The position numbers and the translations under genes are program-made. Below the pieces are notes generated by a model. The model worked only from the letters and a program-made list of their open reading frames with translations. It was not told where the DNA came from and did not search any database. A stretch of DNA of 64,000 nt, taken from an uncultured Pseudomonadales bacterium. GTDB lineage: Bacteria > Pseudomonadota > Gammaproteobacteria > Pseudomonadales > Cellvibrionaceae. The stretch spans positions 123 to 64,122 of the forward strand of contig CANLTI010000023.1 in NCBI GenBank assembly GCA_947494095.1. The letters are read 5' to 3'. Shown here piece after piece: positions 1-10,088 of this stretch (position 1 is the first letter of the stretch; each line of letters begins with the position of its first letter).

Positions 1-409
1 TGCTTGTAGATGATTAGACTAATTCAACATGCGTGCCAACATACTTAAAAATAAAAAATAAAACCGTAACCCCCTACAAATAAAGGCTTTCAGAAGCAAT
101 AGATAACAAGGTAATATATTGCTATAAACACATAAAATATCGCTATTAATTTATTCATGTAAATATTACACGGGCTTTATTGCGGTATTGTAAAAATTAC
201 CAAAAGCGTTAAAGCGCTATAGCTGCGGTATATAAAAGAAAAGGCGAGATAACGCTAAAGCAATCAATAGGGCGTACCATAAAGTGCGCCCATTATAAGT
301 GTCTATATCGTGGAGATAGGCGCTATTAAAGCGCTCCAGCGATCTACGTTATCTTAGGCGTGCCTTACAAGTGCAATTAAATAATGACAATCAACATATA
401 AAATAAACA

Positions 410-426
410 TTGGCACGCATATAGCT
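410..426 (+). promoter_or_regulatory. Putative sigma54 (-24/-12) promoter of the DUF1328-mscS unit
   Basis: TGGCACGCATATAGC at 411-425: GG(412-413)-N10-GC(424-425), TGGCAC-N5-TAGC versus consensus TGGCAC-N5-TTGC; IHF-like AATCAACATATAA at 389-401. Confidence 0.55.
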
Positions 427-485
427 TATATCTTAATACCTACTAAAAATCACTTTAACTGGGTACAACCTAACGAGGAATAAAA

Positions 486-650
486 ATGCTTTATTACGCA
501 CTTGTTTTTTTAGTTGTTGCACTAATCGCTGGGGTTTTAGGCTTTGGTGGAATCGCCGGAACCGCGACGGGAATCGCTAAATTATTATTTTTTGTATTTA
601 TCATAATATTTGTTATCTCGCTCGTTATAGGGAGAAAGCCAAAACCTTAA
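486..650 (+). CDS. DUF1328 (YtjA/UPF0391) small membrane protein, 54 aa; absent from the ORF track
   Basis: Manual translation [54 protein letters not shown]; RBS GAGGA just upstream; family-typical [14 protein letters not shown]...AKLLF motif. Confidence 0.92.
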   Translation: MLYYALVFLVVALIAGVLGFGGIAGTATGIAKLLFFVFIIIFVISLVIGRKPKP

Positions 651-719
651 ATGCTAAAAATCACACAAAACTCTAGCAGTCACCAAAACTTATAATTTTA
701 TTTTATTCATGGTTTATGT

Positions 720-2162
720 ATGATTTTTTTTAGAATACTACTGGTACTGTGTATTGCAACTTCACAAACAAATATTGCTTTCGCACAAGAACAGATAATA
801 ACATCTATATTTCAAACATCTGAAAAAGAGGATTCTTCAAAAAAACCTGAGAGCCGTGAAGAAAAAAACAAAGAAGATGAAAACATGCTAGAGCTGAGCG
901 AGGTCATTCCAATCGATGATCTCGCTCATAAGTGGACATCCTTAATCGATAACTACTTAAAAACAAATGACTACGAAAATAATGTCATTAAAAAATTAAT
1001 ATTATCAATATTTATATTACTAACTGGGTTAGGGCTTTTCTTTTTAAATAAATCGATGATATCAAAAACATCAAAAAAGACAAAAGAAAAATTATCTGCA
1101 GTTGGACTACCTACATCTAAATATAATTTTTATTTTAGCCTACTGCGCTGGGTAATTAATACCGTTATTGCCTTTTCCATAATATCTGTTATTGGGATAG
1201 CATGGGGGCTACCTGTTGACAGCTGGTTATCGACACCCTTTTTCACTTCTGTGGCAACATCCACAGCGACAATATTTATTATTATATTTATAGGCTCTGT
1301 GCTACTAGAGCTAACCTTGGCTTTAGCTGAAAGAGCTTTTCTAAAATGGGGCGGCGATAGTACCTCACGTGTCAATACGCTTCTACCCATCGCTAAAAAT
1401 GTTATTTATATTATCTTTTTTGTATTGTTTGTTCTTATGGCACTTTCTGAGCTAGGTATTAATGTTATGCCGCTATTAGCCGGTGCCGGAGTTGTTGGTT
1501 TTGCCATTGGCTTTGGGGCACAGACCATTATCAAGGATATTCTGACTGGCTTTATTATTATATTAGAAGACCTTATCCAAATTGGTGATATCGTATGTGT
1601 CGCTGGTAAAACAGGACTTATAGAAAAAATATCTATTAGAAAAGTGCAATTGCGCGATTTAGGTGGTGTTGTGTATACCGTACCTTTTAGCGAAATTGAT
1701 GTTGTTGAAAATTTAACTAAAGACTTTAGCTACTACTTATTTAAAATTGGTGTCGCCTACCGTGAAGATACCGATGAAGTCATTAAAATACTTAAATCGG
1801 TAGACGAGGATATTAGAGCTGACGAGGAATTTAAGAAAATAATCCTAGAGCCTCTAGAGGTTTTTGGTGTAGACCAATTTGCCGACAGCGCTGTAGTTAT
1901 TAAAGCAAGAATAAAAACCCCTCCGGTCAAGCAATGGAGCGTAGGACGAGAATATAACAGACGATTTAAATTAGCGTTTGATAAAAACAACATAGAAATT
2001 CCATTTCCGCATCAAACGATTTATTTTGGAGAAGATAAAAATGGCCATGCTCCGGCCATGCATCTAAAGAACGAAAAGTATCTAAAAAACGAAAAGCACC
2101 TGAAAAACGAAAAGTACCTAGAGCACGAAAAATATAATAAAACAGAAGATCGCACAGAATAA
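720..2162 (+). CDS. MscS-family mechanosensitive channel (YbiO-like) with signal peptide and extra TM helices
   Basis: LLAGAGVVGFAIGFGAQTIIKDILTG..IGDIV..G.IEKISIRKVQLRD..PFS..N; REYNRRFKLAFDKNNIEIPFP. Confidence 0.92.
   Translation: MIFFRILLVLCIATSQTNIAFAQEQIITSIFQTSEKEDSSKKPESREEKNKEDENMLELSEVIPIDDLAHKWTSLIDNYLKTNDYENNVIKKLILSIFILLTGLGLFFLNKSMISKTSKKTKEKLSAVGLPTSKYNFYFSLLRWVINTVIAFSIISVIGIAWGLPVDSWLSTPFFTSVATSTATIFIIIFIGSVLLELTLALAERAFLKWGGDSTSRVNTLLPIAKNVIYIIFFVLFVLMALSELGINVMPLLAGAGVVGFAIGFGAQTIIKDILTGFIIILEDLIQIGDIVCVAGKTGLIEKISIRKVQLRDLGGVVYTVPFSEIDVVENLTKDFSYYLFKIGVAYREDTDEVIKILKSVDEDIRADEEFKKIILEPLEVFGVDQFADSAVVIKARIKTPPVKQWSVGREYNRRFKLAFDKNNIEIPFPHQTIYFGEDKNGHAPAMHLKNEKYLKNEKHLKNEKYLEHEKYNKTEDRTE
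2061..2135 (+). repeat. Imperfect 18-bp in-frame tandem repeat (HLKNEK/YLKNEK/HLKNEK/YLEHEK) in the MscS tail
   Basis: catctaaagaacgaaaag tatctaaaaaacgaaaag cacctgaaaaacgaaaag tacctagagcacgaaaaa. Confidence 0.85.
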
Positions 2163-2169
2163 AAGCAAC

Positions 2170-2199
2170 AAAAAAGGGTGGCCAAGGCCACCCTTTTTT
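2170..2199. terminator. Bidirectional intrinsic terminator between convergent mscS and M4 protease
   Basis: AAAAAAGGGTGGCC-AA-GGCCACCCTTTTTT. Confidence 0.9.
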
Positions 2200-2247
2200 A
2201 CTTTACCGACGACACAGAGCTGGTCGCCAAAGCTAGGCGTGCAATCA

Positions 2248-4197
2248 CTATGGCTTTGCTTCCAATGATAAAGTCACGCCAGAGGCCGCTGAATAGCCAC
2301 GCAAATCAATGTGCCAAGTACCTGCCCGTGGAGAGTTGATAGTACACGTTTCATTATTGCCAGTTTTGTAAGGGCGACAATCGTAAGATGTGGTGGACGC
2401 TTGTGCACCTAATCGCACATACAAATCTAAATCACCTGAACCACCTGATGTACTAATGGTGAGGGTTTTATAACCTGCAGGTAAAACTTGGGTATAGCGA
2501 CCCCATGTATTAGCAGCAACACTGACATTGGTTAATCGTTCAGAAATGGTTTTTAGCGGACCCGATGGATCAGTAGGACCTGAACCACCTGTGGGGCAAC
2601 TACCTACACCTACGGCACACCATGCGGTTTCTACTGCAGTTTTTTCAGCGGCGCCATACAAATCTTGGGCAGCGCGTGCGGTACCTGTTCGCGCTGCCGC
2701 AAAACTGGTTGACTGAGTAAAATAGGTGGTTAATGCACGGTAAAATATTTTCTCAGCTTTTGCTAAACCAATTTTTGGTACCGTTACGTTGGTTTTATTA
2801 CGTGGATGCCTACCGCCGTCAACAAGTAATACATAGGCTAAGTTAGCAATACCTGAGTTTCCGTGTACGCCACCTTGATCATTTGAGGTATTAGGGTTAC
2901 TCACAAAAGGAATGCGGTCGGGATAGTAATCAGTTGAATATCCATCTTGAGTGGGGTTATTCATGTAACGCAAGCCATCACCAGCAATGCGTGGCGTATA
3001 AGAATTTGCGCCTATCTTCCAGACCGGTTGTCTTGAGTTGCGCTTGTACGCATCGGCAGAGGCACCTAAAATATCTGACATGGCTTCATTTAAAGCACCC
3101 GAGGCATTCTGGTAAATTAGATCTGCCGTAAACTGTGTAATACCGTGCGTCAATTCGTGACCAATAATATCAAACGATAATGTAAAATCAGTAAACTGCG
3201 TTCCATCACCTTCACCATAAAACATTTGATTATTAAACCAAACAGCGTTATTCCAATTGCTTCCAACATTAACGTTTGAATTCATTACTAAATCGCGACC
3301 ATTAATACCGTTACGGCTATGCTTATTTTTAAAGTAATCATAAACAATAGAGGCGCCATTATGGGCGCGCTGCGCTGCCGCATTTGAACCGCAACGGTTA
3401 CCGGTTGAACACACTAGAGAGCGTCGCGAACTATCATTGTAAGGGCGGTTATTATGGGTATATGTATTATACTGCTTAATAGGGTGTACTTGAGCGTGAC
3501 GAGCAATTTCTTCTAATGATTCATAATCAAAAAATACGCTATCGTATTCAAAACCATTATCACCTTGATATTGAACATCAATTTTCCAAGATAATTTAGT
3601 TTCTTGGCTAAAAGGTAAATAAACATAAGCTAGCTCGGGACTTGAGGCGACCTCACCCATGGCTTCCGCTAATTCAACAACATTAACATCGCTTTGCTCA
3701 CCACTTAAGCCCTGTAAAATAGTGCCGTCAGAAGCAGAAGGTGCTACAACAGCAAGTGTGCCGCTTAATGCATATAGCTGAGCATTACCGCCTACTGCGC
3801 CTGTAGTAGAATTAGACGATAAAGATGTAGCGCCACCTAATGTATTCGCAGACGCTGTATTAGCGTGTGCAATAAGGCTTGTACCATAGACTTTAATACC
3901 GTTAATTGTTTGGTTTAAATGTGTATGTTGCTTACCTAGCTCATCAATCCACTGCCTTTTAATTGAAAAATTTTCGTTGCCGTTTGCAGCATAACTTGCT
4001 TCGCTAGTAATAATTTTTTTGACTGCGGCAACTGTTTTTCCGGTATTCACCGAACCAAGCTCTCCAGCTATAAACGTTACCTGACCTTCATCATCCATTT
4101 GTTTATCAGTAACATTTATATCCTGAGCAAAACTTGCATAACTATGTCCTGCAAGAATTAACGATACTACTGCCGCTATTGTATTGACTTTAAGCAT
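2248..4197 (-). CDS. Secreted M4 (thermolysin/vibriolysin-like) zinc metalloprotease with propeptide and C-terminal PPC domain
   Basis: Signal peptide; HELTH zinc motif, ALNEAMSD third ligand, DQGGVHGNSGI; PPC-type GGSGDLDLYVRLGAQAS...YDCRPYKTGNNETC. Confidence 0.93.
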   Translation of the reverse strand: MLKVNTIAAVVSLILAGHSYASFAQDINVTDKQMDDEGQVTFIAGELGSVNTGKTVAAVKKIITSEASYAANGNENFSIKRQWIDELGKQHTHLNQTINGIKVYGTSLIAHANTASANTLGGATSLSSNSTTGAVGGNAQLYALSGTLAVVAPSASDGTILQGLSGEQSDVNVVELAEAMGEVASSPELAYVYLPFSQETKLSWKIDVQYQGDNGFEYDSVFFDYESLEEIARHAQVHPIKQYNTYTHNNRPYNDSSRRSLVCSTGNRCGSNAAAQRAHNGASIVYDYFKNKHSRNGINGRDLVMNSNVNVGSNWNNAVWFNNQMFYGEGDGTQFTDFTLSFDIIGHELTHGITQFTADLIYQNASGALNEAMSDILGASADAYKRNSRQPVWKIGANSYTPRIAGDGLRYMNNPTQDGYSTDYYPDRIPFVSNPNTSNDQGGVHGNSGIANLAYVLLVDGGRHPRNKTNVTVPKIGLAKAEKIFYRALTTYFTQSTSFAAARTGTARAAQDLYGAAEKTAVETAWCAVGVGSCPTGGSGPTDPSGPLKTISERLTNVSVAANTWGRYTQVLPAGYKTLTISTSGGSGDLDLYVRLGAQASTTSYDCRPYKTGNNETCTINSPRAGTWHIDLRGYSAASGVTLSLEAKP

Positions 4198-5190
4198 GAA
4201 TTTTTCCTGTGACTTAAATTACCATGAATGTGTTATTGAGTAGCCCCTCAACAAAGGGGGGGGGACAACTGTACACTTTGCATTAAAAATAAACAAATTC
4301 ATTAAATTTATGACTACAGAAAAAATCACAATAATTAATTCATAAAAATGCTTTAAATTGGGTTCGTTATTTAAAAAAGCGCACAATAAAAGTGCTATAT
4401 TTTTTTAAGCAATAAATGGTTAAAAAAATATACAATTATAGGAAGGCCAAGAAGGACACGCATGATAAAAACAATAATACGTTACAAACAAACAAAAAAA
4501 TAAAATATTCCACCATTTTGTATTAATTTTTATCCCAGTATTAGAATATAAAATAACGTATTAAAAGGTGAAAATCGAGCGCCCAAACCAGTGTCGTATT
4601 GATTCACTTTTAGTGACTTTTTGTTTCCTATAAAAAATACATCTATTATTTAAGAGTTGTAACCTAACTTTTTATTAAAAATATGTCGCATACATAATCT
4701 TCATGCCATTTAAACCAACACGCAATTTATTAACGCATTAGTAATTTGAAAATAATTTTAATGTCGTAAGGAAACAGCATGTAAAAAGTGGTTTATTTTT
4801 TAGCGGGGGAAAAATAAACCAGAACAACAATAAACCAATAAAAAGGATTATATGAAAAAAGGTAGGAACGATATGCACAGAAAAAAAGAATATTCACTCA
4901 ACAATAGGGGGAAATGTAAAACATTCCACCCTTCAATCAAACGGCCACTAAAAATATAAAAAAATCAACAACATTGCCAACCTCGTCACAAAATTAAACC
5001 TATAATCACAAGCGACTCTCTCATAACTACTGGCACGCAGCTAAAATTTTATTATTCCCTAAAGAGCATAATGATTAATATTGTGGTATTACGAGTCAAA
5101 AAAACACATCGATAGCTACCATAATACACAGGTTTTATTTATGGTTATTTTTTATATTCATTATATGCATGTATAAATTGAGATAATCTT

Positions 5191-5449
5191 TCACTACTCA
5201 GACAAAACCCAGCTGGCAGCGTATTGATAAATAGAGTTTCGGCAAGATGCTCGAACGGATGCAGTCTGGCCATGTAACGTTTTGAGCAACATATCGGAGC
5301 AGGAACCCCTTATTAGACATAGCACTTGCACCTGCATAAGGACATGCAAGATTAGACTTTGCAGGAGCATAAAGTCGAGCAGAGGAAGTAGAAAACAAGT
5401 ATTATTCAAAAATGTATTTTGGTAACTATTCAGAGGTACCGAAATTTTG
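5191..5449 (+). repeat. Dispersed modular repeat, chimeric copy (B module + one 33-bp hairpin cassette + D/E modules + IS66-type end)
   Basis: Shares TCGGCAAG..GCTCGAA..CATGTAAC..TTTGAGCAAC with 13690-13745; TGCACCTGCATAAGGACATGCAAGATTAGACTTTGCAGGAGCA..AAGTCGAG with 53697-53795; GTAACTATTCAGAGGTACC at 5422-5440 is the reverse complement of 53842-53860. Confidence 0.85.
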
Positions 5450-5452
5450 AAC

Positions 5453-5481
5453 AAAAAAAACCGGCTCATAGCCGGCTTTTT
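5453..5481 (-). terminator. Intrinsic terminator of aceEF
   Basis: Minus strand CCGGCT-ATG-AGCCGG followed by a T8 run. Confidence 0.8.
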
Positions 5482-5502
5482 GTACTTAATGTTATTTAAG
5501 CA

Positions 5503-7413
5503 TTAAAGTAATAAGCGCCTTACGTCGCCCATCACAGTGCTTAAGTAGGTTAAGAACTTACCGGCATCGCTACCGTTTACAGCACGGTGATCGTATGACA
5601 AGCTCAATGGCAGCATCATACGCGGCTCAAAGGCTGCGCCATCCCAAACCGGTTGCATACTGGCTTTAGAGACACCCAAAATTCCGGCTTCAGTGGTACT
5701 TACCATGGGTGTAAAACCCGTGCCGCCCATGGGGCCTAAGCTTGAAATAGTAAAGCAGCCGCCTTGCATTTCGGCAGGTTTTAATTTGCCATCACGGGCT
5801 TTACCCGCTAACTCGATGAGCTCTTTAGCAATTTGGTAAATACCTTTTTGGTCGACATTTTTAATAACTGGTACCATCAAACCACGCGGTGTATCTACGG
5901 CAACAGCAATGTGGATAAACTTTTTCTGAATGATGTGCTCACCATCATTGTGCATAGCCACATTAAAGCTAGGATGCATTTGCAAGGCCGTAGCTGCCGC
6001 TTTAATAATAAAGGGCATAGGCGTGAGCTTAACACCCGATTTTTCGGCTTCAGCTTTCATGCTTTTACGGAAGGCTTCTACATCGGTAATATCAGCGTCA
6101 TCAAACTGCGTAACACGTGGAATATTGAGCCAATTACGGGTCATGGCTTCGGCGGTGAGCTGTTTGATTTTGCTCATTTTAACAAGCTCAACCTCACCAA
6201 ACTTCGCGTAGTCTACCTCGGGCACAGCCGGAATACCCGAGCCACTGGTAACACCACCATTAGCCGCACGTGCATTCATCACTTTGTGCACAAAACCATG
6301 CACATCTTCAAACGATACGCGGCTACGCGTACCAGTCCCTTTTACCTCGGTAAGATCAACACCTAACTGGCGTGCCAACTTACGTACAGCAGGCCCAGCA
6401 TAAACATCACTTGATGAAACGACCACCTCGCTACCTACAACAGCAACCGGCGCCACCTTTGTAGAGGCCGGCACCGAAGAAGGGGCTTGCGCTTTAGGGG
6501 CGCTAGGCGCTGGTGCTGCTACGGGGGCAGAACCAGCGACTTCCATTTGACCAATCACATCACCTTGGCCGGCTTTATCGCCAACTTTAATGCTTAATGC
6601 AGTGATTGTACCGCTCGCAGGTGCGGGGATTTCCATGCTGGCTTTATCTGACTCTAACACGATAAGGCTATCGCCTTCAGCAACGGTATCACCTATGGCT
6701 ACACACACCTCGATAACGTCTACGCCTTCGGCACCGCCAATATCGGGAACCGGTATATCGCGAATACTAGGCGCCGACGCTGCTGTGCTAGGAGCTTGAG
6801 CTGCAGTAGCTGGCGCCGCCGAGGCTGATACTTCTGGGGCGCCGCCTTGGGTGGCCAAGACCAATACCGCAGTACCTTCGCTCGCTTTTTCGCCTTCTTT
6901 AAGGCTTATGCTCATCACCGTGCCATCGGCCGGGGATGGGATATCCATGCTGGCTTTATCGGACTCTAGCACGATAAGGCTATCGCCTTCGCTGACGGTA
7001 TCACCAACGGCAACACAAATTTCAATGACGTCAACACCTTCGGCACCACCAATATCCGGTACCGCTACGGCTAGCTCGTCACTTGAAGAGGCCGATGCAG
7101 CAGGCTCAGAACTAGCAGGCTCAGAACTAGCAGGCTCTGAAGCTGTAACAGGCGCCGCCTCGACAACCGCAGCACCTTCAACTTCTAGCTCAAGCATCGG
7201 TGTACCTTCGGCAACCTTGTCGCCTTCTTTTACCAAAATGGCTTTTACCACACCGCCTTTTGGCGAAGGGATATCCATACTGGCTTTATCCGACTCCAAT
7301 ACCATGACTTCTTGGTCGACGGTGATGGTATCGCCAACGGCAATGCTAATTTCAATCACATCAACGCCTTCTGCGCCGCCAATGTCGGGAACATTAATTG
7401 TTTCAATAGCCAC
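5503..7413 (-). CDS. aceF: Pyruvate dehydrogenase E2 dihydrolipoamide acetyltransferase, three lipoyl domains
   Basis: Three ESDKASM(D/E)IP lipoyl motifs, E3-binding AGPAVRKLAR, catalytic SYDHRAVNG. Confidence 0.97.
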   Translation of the reverse strand: MAIETINVPDIGGAEGVDVIEISIAVGDTITVDQEVMVLESDKASMDIPSPKGGVVKAILVKEGDKVAEGTPMLELEVEGAAVVEAAPVTASEPASSEPASSEPAASASSSDELAVAVPDIGGAEGVDVIEICVAVGDTVSEGDSLIVLESDKASMDIPSPADGTVMSISLKEGEKASEGTAVLVLATQGGAPEVSASAAPATAAQAPSTAASAPSIRDIPVPDIGGAEGVDVIEVCVAIGDTVAEGDSLIVLESDKASMEIPAPASGTITALSIKVGDKAGQGDVIGQMEVAGSAPVAAPAPSAPKAQAPSSVPASTKVAPVAVVGSEVVVSSSDVYAGPAVRKLARQLGVDLTEVKGTGTRSRVSFEDVHGFVHKVMNARAANGGVTSGSGIPAVPEVDYAKFGEVELVKMSKIKQLTAEAMTRNWLNIPRVTQFDDADITDVEAFRKSMKAEAEKSGVKLTPMPFIIKAAATALQMHPSFNVAMHNDGEHIIQKKFIHIAVAVDTPRGLMVPVIKNVDQKGIYQIAKELIELAGKARDGKLKPAEMQGGCFTISSLGPMGGTGFTPMVSTTEAGILGVSKASMQPVWDGAAFEPRMMLPLSLSYDHRAVNGSDAGKFLTYLSTVMGDVRRLLL

Positions 7414-7424
7414 GTGTGCTTCTC

Positions 7425-10088
7425 CTATACGGTTAAGGGCTCGGCTTTTTCTGCATCTATGCCGTATTTAGCCATGGCTTCTACAACCACTTTCGCATCA
7501 ATTTTACCTTGATCGGCCAACGCCTTAAGCGCAGTAATGGCCACGTAGCGACTATCGACTTCAAAAAACTCACGCAATTTGCTACGCGCATCACTGCGGC
7601 CAAAACCATCAGTACCTAATACGTAGTAATCACCAGGGATGTAGTTACGCAGTTGCTCTGAGTAGTTTTTGATGTAGTCGGTCGAAATAATAAACGGACC
7701 CTCTTGCTTTTCGAGCGCCTGAGTAACGTACGCCTTTTTGGCCGGCTGATCAGGGTGGAAGCGATTCCAGCGTTCAATCGTTTGCGCTTCGCGTGTTAAC
7801 TCGTTAGTACTGGTGACACTCCAAATATCTGATTCCACGCCGAAGTCATCACGCAATAGCTGCGCAGCGGCTTCTACTTCACGCAGAATAGAACCGGCAC
7901 CCATCAACTGCACGCGATGCTTGCCTTTAGCTGTTTTTTTGCCCTCTACAAGCTTGTAAATACCCTTAACAATGCCTTCTTCGGCACCTTCTGGCATGGC
8001 GTGATGCTTATAGTTTTCATTCATGGTGGTAATGTAATAAAAGACGTTTTCTTTATCACCGTACATGCGGCGCAAGCCATCGGTAATAATAACGGCTAAT
8101 TCAAAACCATAAGTGGGATCATAACTACGGCAGTTAGGAATGGTATTTGCCATAACATGGCTGTGACCATCTTGATGCTGTAAGCCTTCGCCGTTAAGAG
8201 TAGTACGACCAGCGGTAGCACCAATTAAAAAGCCGCGCGCTTGAGCATCACCGGCCAACCAAGCCAAGTCGCCTATGCGCTGAAAACCAAACATAGAGTA
8301 ATAAACATAAAACGGAACCATAGGCATTTTGTAGTTGCTGTATGCCGTTGCTGCCGCAATCCAAGCCGACATAGCACCCGCTTCGTTAATGCCTTCTTCT
8401 AAGATTTGGCCCTTTTTATCTTCTTTGTAATACATGATTTGTTCGTGATCATGCGGGGTGTACTGCTGCCCTGCCGAGCTATAAATACCCAGCTGGCGGA
8501 ACATACCCTCCATACCAAAAGTACGTGCTTCATCGGGTACAATAGGCACTAAATTTTTGCCTATTTTTTTGTCTTTTGCCAAGGTCGACAAATAACGAAC
8601 AAAAGCTTGTGTCGTTGAGATTTCACGATCGCCCGTCGACTTTAATAAAGACGAGAACTTCTCTAAAGGTGGTGTCTCTAAAGCCGTAAAATCACTCACT
8701 CGCGAAGGCACATAACCATTTAGCTCAGCGCGACGCGACTTGAGGTACATGATTTCAGGTGAGTCTTCGGCTGGGCGGTAAAACGGGACTTTTTTGACCT
8801 GCTCATCGGTAAGCGGAATACTAAAGCGATCACGAATACGCAATAAGTCTTCGGCACCTATCTTTTTAACGTTGTGTGAAATATTCACCGACTCGCCACC
8901 TGCCGCACCCAAACCATAACCTTTAACTGTTTGCGCTAAAATAACGGTTGGCTGGCCTTTATGGTGAGTGGCCGCGTGATACGCTGCGTACACTTTTTGC
9001 GGGTCGTGACCACCACGACTTAAGTGCATAATATCGTCATCGCTCATATCTTCTACAAGCGCAAGTAGCTCTGGATAGCGACCAAAGAAGTGCTTACGGG
9101 TATAAGCGCCACCGTTGGCTTTATAGTTTTGCAACTCGCCATCAACCACTTCGTTCATGCGCTGTAACAACAAGCCGGTGGTATCTTTGGCCAATAAGCG
9201 ATCCCAGCCTTTACCCCAAACAACTTTAAGGACATTCCAGCCTGCGCCACGGAACATGCCTTCTAGTTCTTGGATGATTTTACCGTTACCGCGCACAGGG
9301 CCGTCTAGGCGCTGGAGGTTACAGTTAATGACAAAAATAAGGTTGTCTAAGCCTTCGCGACCCGCGAGTGAGATAGCACCTAAGCTTTCTGGCTCATCAC
9401 ATTCGCCATCACCCAAAAAGGCCCACACTTTACGATCACCACGCGCCACAAGCTCACGTGAGCTCATGTAGCGCATAAAGTTAGCTTGATAAATTGCAGT
9501 AATCGGACCCAAACCCATCGATACAGTAGGGAACTGCCAATAATCAGGCATTAACCATGGATGCGGATAAGAAGAAAGCCCCTTGCCATCCACTTCACGG
9601 CGGAAATTATTCAGCTGATCTTCGTTAATACGACCTTCGAGGAACGAGCGCGCATAAATACCCGGCGCAATATGGCCTTGGAAGTACACACAGTCGCCTA
9701 ATTGATCACCATTATTACCACGGAAAAAATGGTTAAAGGCAACATCGTATAAAGTGGCAGATGAAGAGAAAGAAGAAATGTGACCGCCGAGGCCGTCATC
9801 ATTATTAGCATTAGCTCGCACAACCGTTGCGATCGCATTCCAGCGAATCAACGAGCGAATTTTACGCTCTAGTGCTAGGTCACCGGGTATTTGGGCTTCT
9901 GCCGATACCGAAATGGTATTACAGTAAGGTGTTCTAATCGCAGATGGCAGTTGAACGCCAGACTGAGTTGCCGCATTCGCTAGTTTTGCCAGCAAATTGG
10001 CCGCTCGCTCAGAACCACTGTGTTTAATCACAGATTCTAAAGCATCTAACCACTCTTGTGTTTCAAGAGTATCATTTTCCTCAAGCAT
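7425..10088 (-). CDS. aceE: Pyruvate dehydrogenase E1 (homodimeric AceE); start moved to ATG 10088 behind a GAGGAGG RBS
   Basis: ETQEWLDAL, QFPTVSMGLGP, GDGECDEPES TPP motif, TTLNGEGLQHQDGHS, LGTDGFGRSD. Confidence 0.97.
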   Translation of the reverse strand: MLEENDTLETQEWLDALESVIKHSGSERAANLLAKLANAATQSGVQLPSAIRTPYCNTISVSAEAQIPGDLALERKIRSLIRWNAIATVVRANANNDDGLGGHISSFSSSATLYDVAFNHFFRGNNGDQLGDCVYFQGHIAPGIYARSFLEGRINEDQLNNFRREVDGKGLSSYPHPWLMPDYWQFPTVSMGLGPITAIYQANFMRYMSSRELVARGDRKVWAFLGDGECDEPESLGAISLAGREGLDNLIFVINCNLQRLDGPVRGNGKIIQELEGMFRGAGWNVLKVVWGKGWDRLLAKDTTGLLLQRMNEVVDGELQNYKANGGAYTRKHFFGRYPELLALVEDMSDDDIMHLSRGGHDPQKVYAAYHAATHHKGQPTVILAQTVKGYGLGAAGGESVNISHNVKKIGAEDLLRIRDRFSIPLTDEQVKKVPFYRPAEDSPEIMYLKSRRAELNGYVPSRVSDFTALETPPLEKFSSLLKSTGDREISTTQAFVRYLSTLAKDKKIGKNLVPIVPDEARTFGMEGMFRQLGIYSSAGQQYTPHDHEQIMYYKEDKKGQILEEGINEAGAMSAWIAAATAYSNYKMPMVPFYVYYSMFGFQRIGDLAWLAGDAQARGFLIGATAGRTTLNGEGLQHQDGHSHVMANTIPNCRSYDPTYGFELAVIITDGLRRMYGDKENVFYYITTMNENYKHHAMPEGAEEGIVKGIYKLVEGKKTAKGKHRVQLMGAGSILREVEAAAQLLRDDFGVESDIWSVTSTNELTREAQTIERWNRFHPDQPAKKAYVTQALEKQEGPFIISTDYIKNYSEQLRNYIPGDYYVLGTDGFGRSDARSKLREFFEVDSRYVAITALKALADQGKIDAKVVVEAMAKYGIDAEKAEPLTV

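Noticed and set aside
5833-7512. Long antisense ORFs over aceF, and similar ones over DUF748, comEC, exbD, dnaX, recR and the TonB gene
   Set aside because: Shadow frames of well-supported genes with no independent motifs.
5503-10088. Three lipoyl domains in aceF and absence of lpdA/pdhR
   Set aside because: Three lipoyl domains occur in E. coli, and a stand-alone aceEF occurs in Pseudomonas-like genomes. Ordinary.
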